Part shown: in pieces, positions 24,704-32,307 of the stretch
Layout of the letters: the number at the start of each line of letters is the position of its first letter
Position numbering within the stretch: position 1 is the first letter of the stretch
NCBI GenBank assembly: GCA_026706325.1
Contig: JAPOYZ010000256.1
Span: forward strand, 1-34,056
Source: Candidatus Aminicenantes bacterium
Lineage (GTDB): Bacteria; Acidobacteriota; UBA6911; RPQK01; JAJDTT01
Direction of reading: 5' to 3'
DNA length: 34,056 nt
The notes under the pieces: generated by a model
What the model was told of the DNA's origin: nothing
The model's input: only the letters and a program-made list of their open reading frames with translations
The model's database searches: none
Translations under genes and position numbers: made by a program

Positions 24704-27250
24704 ATGAAACGAACACCAATTCCCGGAGGAGGGTCCGTCGTGATCCCGTTTGCTCGGCCGATAGTCGTCCCGATCCTGGTCCTGCTCATTCTCTTCCAGA
24801 CGGAGGAATCCCCGAGTGCGCCCGCGCGAGTCGATCTGACTCCCTACCAGGTGCAGCCGGTCGCCGGGAAGGAGGGTCCGGCCGGATTCCAACTGGGGTT
24901 TTCGGGAGAGGCGGGACACCGGCTCCATTTTCGGTACCGTGCTCCGGAGCCCGTGGAGCTGGAAGTGGCGGTGGGGTTTCCCGCGGGAGGGGCTCGAACC
25001 GAAAGGCGGCTGGTGGAGCCGGACGCGGAAGACGAATCGATAGGCTTCGATCTGGGACCTCTGCTGGGCCACGGCCCCTACCGGCCCCTCCCTGCCTCCA
25101 GCAACGAAGGGCCTCAGGAGAGGGTTCGGGGATACTTGCGGACCGGCTGGTGGATCGACACCCACGATTCGGGCAACTATCGCCTGACCGTGAAGGGACG
25201 GCGAGTCCGGGACGGCCGGATCCTGCTCTCCAACGACTTCCGGCTTCCGGTCCAGACCTGGGTGGGAGCGGACCTGGACCGTCTGGCCTATATCGACGAC
25301 AACGCCGCCGAGGTGGAGCTCTGGCTCAGGAAAGGTGCTCCGGTCCGGGAACTGGCGGTGGAAGTCGATCTGGTGGAAGCCAGCACCGGGCGCGTGCGAT
25401 CACCCATTTCGGCGGTCCGGCTCACACCGGACAAGGCTCATGTTGCCTTCGATCTCACCGGCCTGAAGGCGGCCACATATCACGTGCGGATGCGGCCCCG
25501 TGTAGACGGGCGGCTTTGGGATGATGGACCCCGCCGTGCGTTGTACCTGCACCGGAACGGGCCGCCGCCGAAACCGGAACCTCCCCTGGAGATTCCGGTG
25601 GCTCCCCAACTATTCGTGGACGACTTCCTGATCGAGGACCAGCGGCATCTCCGGAAGGTCTTCCATCCGGCCCGCAAGCTGGACGCTCAGGCCCTGTTCC
25701 GGCCCGACCGGCCTTGGGAAGGCCATTACGCGATACTGCGCGAGGGCGCCGCCCTGTCCTTCAACCGGGAGAAGCAACGGTACGAGTTGGAGTACATCAG
25801 CCCGACCCGGTACCGGATGCTGGCCGTTTCCAGTGACGGGAACCGTTGGACCAAGCCGGAACTCGGTCTGGTGGAGTTCCAAGGTTCCCGGGCCAACAAC
25901 ATCCTGGAGAAGATGGCGTCCCGGGGCCACGTGGGCGAAGGAGAGAAGTTCGGCGGGCTGTGGGACTACCGAACCCGCGGCATCCCCGATCTGCGGACCG
26001 CCACCCGGGTCAGTACTCCCAAGTTCCCGGCCATGGAATTTCAGCGGGGGATCTACCTGATGGTCCGGGATTCCGAGGGAGTGGCTTATCTCACCACGGA
26101 ACGTCCCTTCATGCGGAATCACCTTCAGGTGGAGACGCTGGACAGCCCCACCGACAACCTGGGTCCCATGTTCTACGACGAGCGCACCGGTGAGCTGGTG
26201 CTCTATTTCGCCGCCCATCCTCCGGCCATGGGGCGGGCGTTGGTGCGCTACGACAACAAGTGGGCCGTCTCGCGGAACCTGGGGCGGATGACCACGCGCG
26301 ACGGCGTGAACTGGAACCGGAGCTATATCTGGGCGCCGCCGCGGGAACACCCGAAACACCAGAGCTACGGGATGCAGCGGGTGAAGCGGATCGGGGACCT
26401 CTACGTCGCCTTCTTTCCACTTTACGACTGCGGGACTCAACGGATGTCGATCCATCTCTGGGTGAGCCGCAACGGGATCCACTGGGAGGATCTGGGAGGG
26501 GACCAGGCCTGGATTCCCAGCGGACCCGACGGCAGCTTCGACTACGGGATCGTCTACAGTTTCTCGGAGGGCCCGGTGGAGGGAGACCGGTCCGTCGGTT
26601 TCTATCACGGCACCAACACCCTGCACGTCAACGCCTGGATCCGGGACAAGCTGGTGGGCGGCGGGCCGGGTGATACCCCGATCCCCGCCTCCAGGATCTT
26701 CGACGACGCGCAGTACAACGGTCGTCCCTATCTCTCCCCGCCGGCGCCGGTGGAGCCGGGGTGGGCTCTGTACGAATGCATCTGGAGCTGGCGGCGGCCC
26801 CGCTGCAGCCAGACGGTGGAGGAAGTCCGGGAGGCGTTCTGGGCGGAGCTCGAGGCCAATACGGGTCAGACCCGGCAGGACCACATCGAAAAGAGCCGGG
26901 TGTTCCAGATCGCGCCGGCCCGGGTGGAGTACCGTACCAACGGGTTCGCCTCGCGGCGGGCCGGCGAGCGTGAGGGCGTCCTGACGACCCACCCGTTGAT
27001 TTTCCAGGGAAGCCGGTTGACGGTCAACGCGGCGGCCGCCGAGGGCCGCGTGGCGGTGGAGGTCTTGGACGAATCCGGGCGGCCGGTGGCCGGCTACGGC
27101 CGGAACGAGTGCCTGCTCACGGCCTTCGACGGCACTCGCCAGGAAGTGACGTGGAGAGACAAAGCGGATCTGGCTTCCTTGAAGGGCAAGCCGGTTCGTC
27201 TCCGGTTCTACCTGCGGCATGCCGACCTGTACGGCTTCCGGATTCGATAG
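24704..27250 (+). CDS. large secreted hypothetical protein (N-terminal signal anchor; beta-sandwich-like N-terminus; central glycoside-hydrolase-like beta-propeller-type region; C-terminal beta-sandwich)
   Basis: 848 aa. Hydrophobic 'PIVVPILVLLILF' near the N-terminus. 'FVDDFLIEDQRHLRKVFHPA' and the C-terminal '...GKPVRLRFYLRHADLYGFRI' resemble segments common in uncharacterised GH-like proteins of Planctomycetota, Verrucomicrobiota and Acidobacteriota (pattern recognition only). The 536-aa antisense ORF is R/P/G/H-rich and was rejected. Confidence 0.8.
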   Translation: MKRTPIPGGGSVVIPFARPIVVPILVLLILFQTEESPSAPARVDLTPYQVQPVAGKEGPAGFQLGFSGEAGHRLHFRYRAPEPVELEVAVGFPAGGARTERRLVEPDAEDESIGFDLGPLLGHGPYRPLPASSNEGPQERVRGYLRTGWWIDTHDSGNYRLTVKGRRVRDGRILLSNDFRLPVQTWVGADLDRLAYIDDNAAEVELWLRKGAPVRELAVEVDLVEASTGRVRSPISAVRLTPDKAHVAFDLTGLKAATYHVRMRPRVDGRLWDDGPRRALYLHRNGPPPKPEPPLEIPVAPQLFVDDFLIEDQRHLRKVFHPARKLDAQALFRPDRPWEGHYAILREGAALSFNREKQRYELEYISPTRYRMLAVSSDGNRWTKPELGLVEFQGSRANNILEKMASRGHVGEGEKFGGLWDYRTRGIPDLRTATRVSTPKFPAMEFQRGIYLMVRDSEGVAYLTTERPFMRNHLQVETLDSPTDNLGPMFYDERTGELVLYFAAHPPAMGRALVRYDNKWAVSRNLGRMTTRDGVNWNRSYIWAPPREHPKHQSYGMQRVKRIGDLYVAFFPLYDCGTQRMSIHLWVSRNGIHWEDLGGDQAWIPSGPDGSFDYGIVYSFSEGPVEGDRSVGFYHGTNTLHVNAWIRDKLVGGGPGDTPIPASRIFDDAQYNGRPYLSPPAPVEPGWALYECIWSWRRPRCSQTVEEVREAFWAELEANTGQTRQDHIEKSRVFQIAPARVEYRTNGFASRRAGEREGVLTTHPLIFQGSRLTVNAAAAEGRVAVEVLDESGRPVAGYGRNECLLTAFDGTRQEVTWRDKADLASLKGKPVRLRFYLRHADLYGFRIR

Positions 27251-28046
27251 GCAGCTCTTGTCCCAGACCAGTCACGACGCAATCATCTCCATGCGCCGGG
27301 TCCGGAAGTCGTATGGAGACCTTCTGGTCCTGGACGACCTCGATCTCCAGGTGCCCCCCTCCCAGAAGCTGGCCCTGATCGGCCCCAGCGGTTCCGGAAA
27401 ATCGACCATTCTCCGAATCCTCATGACTTTGGAGCGCGTGGACTCGGGCCAAGTGCTCATCGACGGGCAGGCGGTCTGGGAACGGGACCGCCGGGGACGG
27501 CAGATTCCTGCCGGATCCCGACGCTTGCGGGAGATTCGAAGCAAGGTGGGAATGGTCTTCCAGCAGTTCAACCTGTTTCCACACATGACCGTGCTGAAAA
27601 ACCTGACGGTGGCGCCGGTCCGGGTCCTGGGCCTGTCCAAGGAAACGGCACGCGAGCGTGCTCTGGCACTTCTGAAGAAGGTTGGCTTGCTGGACAAGAT
27701 CGATGCTTACCCGGCGCAGCTCTCGGGAGGTCAGAAGCAGCGGGTGGCCATCGCCCGGGCGCTGGCCATGCAGCCCCGGATCATGCTCTTCGACGAGGTC
27801 ACGTCGGCGCTCGACCCCGAGTTGGTGGGCGAGGTGCTCCAGGTGCTGGAAATGCTGGCCCAGGACAGCGACATCACCATGTTGATCGTGACCCACCACA
27901 TGGGCTTCGCCAAGGATATTGCCGACCGGGTCGTCTTCCTGGACCGGGGACGGATCGTAGAGGACGCGGCTCCGGAAGTCATTTTCTCCCAGCCGAGGGA
28001 AGCCCGGACGCGAAAGTTCCTGGGGAGCATCCTGGCGGCCCGGTGA
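27219..28046 (+). CDS. polar amino acid-type ABC transporter ATP-binding protein (GlnQ/EhuA-like)
   Basis: Walker A 'GPSGSGKST', Q-loop 'MVFQQFNLFPH', signature 'LSGGQKQRVAIARAL', Walker B 'IMLFDEVTSALD' and 'VTHHMGFA'. The start is uncertain: ATG 27219 overlaps the upstream gene by 32 nt, and TTG 27258 or ATG 27291 are also possible. Confidence 0.9.
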   Translation: MPTCTASGFDRQLLSQTSHDAIISMRRVRKSYGDLLVLDDLDLQVPPSQKLALIGPSGSGKSTILRILMTLERVDSGQVLIDGQAVWERDRRGRQIPAGSRRLREIRSKVGMVFQQFNLFPHMTVLKNLTVAPVRVLGLSKETARERALALLKKVGLLDKIDAYPAQLSGGQKQRVAIARALAMQPRIMLFDEVTSALDPELVGEVLQVLEMLAQDSDITMLIVTHHMGFAKDIADRVVFLDRGRIVEDAAPEVIFSQPREARTRKFLGSILAAR

Positions 28047-28063
28047 GGAAAGAGGGCGCTGGG

Positions 28064-28112
28064 AGTGGGGGTTTTCCTACCCCCACTGGCTCAGGGGGAC
28101 AGGAAAGTCCCC
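28064..28112. terminator. pair of GC-rich stem-loops between convergent genes (putative bidirectional terminator / REP-like elements)
   Basis: AGTGGGGG-TTTTCCTA-CCCCCACT (28064-28087). GGGGAC-AGGAAA-GTCCCC (28095-28112). The second has the same loop as the type-A units at 18652-18703. The two loops are mutually complementary (TTTCCT / AGGAAA). Confidence 0.6.
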
Positions 28113-28130
28113 TCCCAAATCGCAGTACGT

Positions 28131-29576
28131 CTACACCAATAGTTTTCCCATCACCCGGCCGGCCACGTCGGTGAGGCGGAATTCGCGGCCCATGTAGCGG
28201 TAGGTGAGCCGGGTGTGGTCCAGGCCGAGGCAGTGCAGCAGGGTGGCCTGCAGGTCGTGGACGTGGATCGGGTCTTCTTCGATCCGGATTCCGAAGTCGT
28301 CGGTTCGCCCCACCACCTGCCCCCCCTGGATTCCCCCGCCGGCCATCCAGAGGCTGTAGGCGGAGGGCTGGTGATCGCGGCCCGCGTAGCTGGCGTCTTC
28401 GGGCCGCCTCAACTCCACCATGGGTGTCCGCCCGAACTCGCCGCCCCAGACCACCAGGGTCTCCTCCAGCAGGCCCCGCTGCTTCAGGTCCTTGAGCAGG
28501 GCCGCCGTGGGCCGGTCGATCTTGCGGGCGCGTTTGGGGATCTTCTTGTTGATCTCGGTGTGGTCGTCCCAGCCGTGGTCCATCATCAGGACGAAACGGA
28601 CCCCCCGCTCCACCATGCGGCGGGCCAGCACGCAGTTGGCCGCGAACTGGCGCTCAGCCTTGTCCGTGCGGTCGAGGCCATAGAGTTCCCGGATCCCGGC
28701 CGGTTCGGTCGAGAGATCGGTCAGTTCCGGGGCCGCCGTCTGCATGCGGAACGCCAACTCGTAGTTGGAGATCCGGGAGGCGATCTCGGCGTCTCCCGTA
28801 GACTCCCCATGTTGCCGGTTCAGATCCCGAATCAGGTCCAGCGATGCCCTCTGGGTCGAGCGGCTGACGCCGGGCGGGTTCCCCAGGTAGAGAATCGGAT
28901 CGCCCGATTGGCGAAAGACCGTTCCCTGGTAATGGGAGGGGAGGAATCCGCTGGCGAAATTGGTGGACCCGCCGCTGGTGCCTCCCGGACCGGAAGTCAG
29001 GACCACGAATCCGGGCAGGTTCCGGGACTCGCTCCCCAGGCCGTAGGAGATCCAGGCGCCGAGGCTGGGACGCCCCATCTGAATGGTCCCGGTGAAGAGC
29101 AGCAGTTGTCCCGGGTGATGGTTGAACGAGTCGGTGTGCATGGAGCGGACCAGGCAGATATCGTCGGCGCAGGAGCCGATGTGGGGAATCAGCTCCGAGA
29201 GCTCCATGCCGCAATGGCCGTAACGCCGGAAGGGGACGGAGCTGGCCAGGATCGACGCCGAAGGCTGGATGAAGGCGAATTCCAGTCCTTCGGTCTGGGA
29301 CTGGGGAAGAGGACTGCCGTGGTATTGGTCCAGGGCCGGTTTGTGATCGAAGAGCTCGTACTGGCTGGGGCCGCCCTCCATGAACATGAAGATGAAGTTC
29401 TTGGCCTTGGGTGCGAAATGGGGCGCCGCCGGTTGAAGCGGGCCGCCTGGAGTGGGGGCGGCGGTCAGTCCGTCCAGGGTGAGAAGATCGGCCAAGGCCA
29501 TGACGCCGATTCCGGAGGCGCAAGTTTTCAGGAAGTCCCGCCGGCCTTGAAGGTCACGAAGTTGAAGGGGAGTCAT
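28131..29576 (-). CDS. DUF1501 domain protein (sulfatase-like fold, Tat signal)
   Basis: The ATG at 29576 gives 481 aa beginning 'MTPLQLRDLQGRRDFLKTCASGIGVMA' (twin-arginine signal). 'FIFMFMEGGPSQYELFD', 'GRDH' and 'HDLQATLLHCLGLDH' are typical of DUF1501. The upstream extension in the track overlaps the preceding gene. Confidence 0.9.
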   Translation of the reverse strand: MTPLQLRDLQGRRDFLKTCASGIGVMALADLLTLDGLTAAPTPGGPLQPAAPHFAPKAKNFIFMFMEGGPSQYELFDHKPALDQYHGSPLPQSQTEGLEFAFIQPSASILASSVPFRRYGHCGMELSELIPHIGSCADDICLVRSMHTDSFNHHPGQLLLFTGTIQMGRPSLGAWISYGLGSESRNLPGFVVLTSGPGGTSGGSTNFASGFLPSHYQGTVFRQSGDPILYLGNPPGVSRSTQRASLDLIRDLNRQHGESTGDAEIASRISNYELAFRMQTAAPELTDLSTEPAGIRELYGLDRTDKAERQFAANCVLARRMVERGVRFVLMMDHGWDDHTEINKKIPKRARKIDRPTAALLKDLKQRGLLEETLVVWGGEFGRTPMVELRRPEDASYAGRDHQPSAYSLWMAGGGIQGGQVVGRTDDFGIRIEEDPIHVHDLQATLLHCLGLDHTRLTYRYMGREFRLTDVAGRVMGKLLV

Positions 29577-29578
29577 CT

Positions 29579-32158
29579 CTACTCCCGGGTGATGAACTCG
29601 TCCAGGTTCAACACGGCCCTGGCGGCGGTGGTCCACAATGCCACCTGCAGAGAATCCAGATCGGAAACGGACCCGGCCGCAAGCTCTTTCACCGACTCCG
29701 GTTCCTCCTGGAAAATCGCCCTCTGGTGATCGAAGAATCGGCGGAAACGGCTGAGTTCCGCGGGACCGGGCTCCCGGCTCAGGCAGAGATGGTAGATGTG
29801 ATGGAGGCGGTCTTCCCAGCGGGGTGGCGCCTCTCGGAGCGTGCGCACCGCCAGGAACCGGGCGGCTTCCATGAAGACGGGGTCGTTGAGCAGGTTCAGG
29901 GCCTGGAGCGCCGTGTTGGAGCGGTCGCGGCGGCAGACGGTGGCGCTGGCGTCGGGAGCATCGAAATTCACCATCTGGGGATACGGGGCGCTTCTCTTGA
30001 ACAACACATAGAGCCCGCGCCGGAAGCGGTCCGCACCGGAACTGGACTCCCAGTCGGACTTGCCGTAGGTGATCTCGGCGACCCAATCGGGCTGAGGGGG
30101 ACGAACGCTCTTGCCGCCGACCCGGGAATCCAGCACGCCGGCTGCCGACAATGCGGCGTCGCGGATCAACTCGGCGGAGAGGCGCGGCCGGCTCTGGCGG
30201 GCCAGCAGGACGTTCTCCGGATCCATCTCCTCTAAATTCCTTTCGACCCGGGAGGCCTGACGGTAGGTGGCTGAAGTCACCAACCGGCGCAGCATCCGCT
30301 TCCGGCTCCACTCCTGGCGCATGAACTCGGAAGCCAGCCAGTCCAGAAGAGCCGGATGTGAGGGCTTGGATCCCTGGATCCCGTAATCCTCCGGGGTCCT
30401 CACCAGGCCGCTGCCAAACAGTTCCTGCCAGAATCGATTGGCGGCGACCCGGGCGGTCAGGGGATTGTCCTCATCCACGAGCCACCGGGCCAACCGCAGG
30501 CGGGGTGGCTCCTTACCGTTTTGGAAGGAGGGCAACCATGCGGGCGTACCGGGTTGGACCTGGACTCCGGGAGCCCGGTAGTCTCCCCGCAGGGCGATAT
30601 GGGTGGCGGCCCGCATGTCCTGGATCACATAGGCCCGTGTCACGTCGGGGAAGGAGGCTTCCAGCTCGGCCAGCTTCCCCTTCAGGTCCTTCAGCTTCTC
30701 GCTCAGGGCCTCGTCCTTGGCAATTTCCGGACCGGGGTATTTGAAGAAATAGTGGGTCACCCGGTCGTTTTCCCGCCAGGTGCGGCCCGCGGGACCCGAA
30801 CGAAACAACTCGAGGGCCCGGTCCAGCTCGTTGAGAATGGCGCCCCGCAGAATGTCGTCCCAGTCCAAATGTTTTCCCGGGTACTCCGACGCCTCCAGGA
30901 GCATGGTCTCCCATCGCACCTGCAGCCGGGGAATCGAGATCTCGCCGTTGTCCAGAAGTTCTTTCCTCTGCAGGCGGTAACCCGGGAACGCTTCCAGATA
31001 GGGCTCCACTTCTCCGGGGAGGGGTGCGTCCATTTCCCGGTTCCGGGTCTGGTTGAAGAAGGCCAGGAACTGGTAGTACTCCTTCTGGCTCAAGGGATCG
31101 TATTTGTGGTCGTGACACTGGGCGCAGCCCAGGGTCAGGCCCAGCCAGACCGTGCCCATGGTGTTGGTCTGGTCCACCGTCTCCTCGAACCGGACCTCGC
31201 CCCGAGGCACGCCCGCTTCCCGGTTCTTGAGGCCGCTGCGCAGGAATCCGGTGGCGACCCGCTGTTCAACGGACGCCTCCGGAAGCAGGTCGCCGGCGAT
31301 CTGCTCGATGGTGAACTCGTCGAAGGGAAGGTCCCGGTTCAGGGCCTGGATCACCCATTGCCGCCAGCGCCAGGCGTGGGGACGGAGCAGGTCCTTCTCG
31401 TAGCCGTCGCTGTCGGCGTAGCGGGCCAGGTCCAGCCAGTGGCGGGCCCATTTCTCACCGTAACGGGGCGATGCCAGGAGCCGGTCCACCAACCGCTCAT
31501 AGGCGTCGGGCCGTTCATCTGCCAGGAACGCCTCCACTTCCTCGACGCTGGGCAGGAGGCCAGTCAGATCCAGGCTGACCCTACGGATGAGGGTCTCCTT
31601 GGGGGCCATGGGGGAAGGGGCCGCCCCTTCCTGCTCAAGACGGTTTCGAATGAACGAGTCGACGGGCGAACGGTCCCAGGATCCGGCCTTCTCCGTCCGA
31701 GGCTCTGTACGGACGATGGGCCGGAACGACCAGTGTCGGTCCGTCTTTGAGGAAACGGAGTCCGAGCCTGCCCGGACCGTCGCGTCCCTGGGCCAAGGGG
31801 CGCCCTGGTCGATCCAGCGGGTCAAGACCTCGATTTGATCCGGATGGAGGGGAGGCGCCGCCAGGGGCATGCGCGCCGTGGGGTCGTCGCTGGTGAGCCG
31901 CTGAATCAACGTGCTGGCGCCGGCGTCACCCAATACCAGGGAGGGTCCCGAATAGCCCCCTTTAAGCGCACCCTCCCGGCTGTCCAGACGAAGGCCGTTC
32001 AACTGCTGCGAGGGACCGTGGCATTGGACGCAGTGGTTCTCGAGGACGGTCCGAACCTCTTTCGCAAGCACGTCCGGGACCGCCTCCGATCGAGACTCCA
32101 CCCATAAACCGGTCCCGAGCAGGCCGAAAACGACGAGAATCCGGGGCTTTAAGGTCAT
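29579..32158 (-). CDS. PSCyt1 (cytochrome c) + DUF1549 (PSCyt2) + DUF1553 (PSD1) protein
   Basis: 859 aa. Signal peptide. Heme motif 'CVQCHGP'. 'GEKWARHWLDLARYADSDGYEKD' (DUF1549). 'GCAQCHDHKYDP' and 'NRFWQELFG' (DUF1553). The stop lies 2 nt before the DUF1501 ATG. Confidence 0.9.
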   Translation of the reverse strand: MTLKPRILVVFGLLGTGLWVESRSEAVPDVLAKEVRTVLENHCVQCHGPSQQLNGLRLDSREGALKGGYSGPSLVLGDAGASTLIQRLTSDDPTARMPLAAPPLHPDQIEVLTRWIDQGAPWPRDATVRAGSDSVSSKTDRHWSFRPIVRTEPRTEKAGSWDRSPVDSFIRNRLEQEGAAPSPMAPKETLIRRVSLDLTGLLPSVEEVEAFLADERPDAYERLVDRLLASPRYGEKWARHWLDLARYADSDGYEKDLLRPHAWRWRQWVIQALNRDLPFDEFTIEQIAGDLLPEASVEQRVATGFLRSGLKNREAGVPRGEVRFEETVDQTNTMGTVWLGLTLGCAQCHDHKYDPLSQKEYYQFLAFFNQTRNREMDAPLPGEVEPYLEAFPGYRLQRKELLDNGEISIPRLQVRWETMLLEASEYPGKHLDWDDILRGAILNELDRALELFRSGPAGRTWRENDRVTHYFFKYPGPEIAKDEALSEKLKDLKGKLAELEASFPDVTRAYVIQDMRAATHIALRGDYRAPGVQVQPGTPAWLPSFQNGKEPPRLRLARWLVDEDNPLTARVAANRFWQELFGSGLVRTPEDYGIQGSKPSHPALLDWLASEFMRQEWSRKRMLRRLVTSATYRQASRVERNLEEMDPENVLLARQSRPRLSAELIRDAALSAAGVLDSRVGGKSVRPPQPDWVAEITYGKSDWESSSGADRFRRGLYVLFKRSAPYPQMVNFDAPDASATVCRRDRSNTALQALNLLNDPVFMEAARFLAVRTLREAPPRWEDRLHHIYHLCLSREPGPAELSRFRRFFDHQRAIFQEEPESVKELAAGSVSDLDSLQVALWTTAARAVLNLDEFITRE

Positions 32159-32173
32159 GCTAACGCAGCTCCC

Positions 32174-32179
32174 ATTCTA
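32174..32179 (-). promoter_or_regulatory. -10-like hexamer TAGAAT, 15 nt upstream of the PSCyt gene ATG
   Basis: The minus strand reads GCGCATGTAGAATGGGAGCTGCGTTAGC-ATG. Confidence 0.3.
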
Positions 32180-32253
32180 CATGCGCGGGGTGGGATTGGC
32201 AGCCGATTTCCAATTCCAATGACTTCCCCAATAGTTCAATGGGTTCGGTGTAG

Positions 32254-32295
32254 GCTCCTGGGAGGAGCGCTGGCCGCGCTGCCGCGTCGCGGCAG
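32254..32295 (-). terminator. two GC-rich hairpins downstream of the third VWA gene
   Basis: CTGCCGC-GTC-GCGGCAG (32279-32295, 7-bp stem) starts 12 nt after the stop codon. GCTCCT-GGG-AGGAGC is at 32254-32268. No U-tract. Confidence 0.45.
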
Positions 32296-32307
32296 ATCGA
32301 GGGTTTC

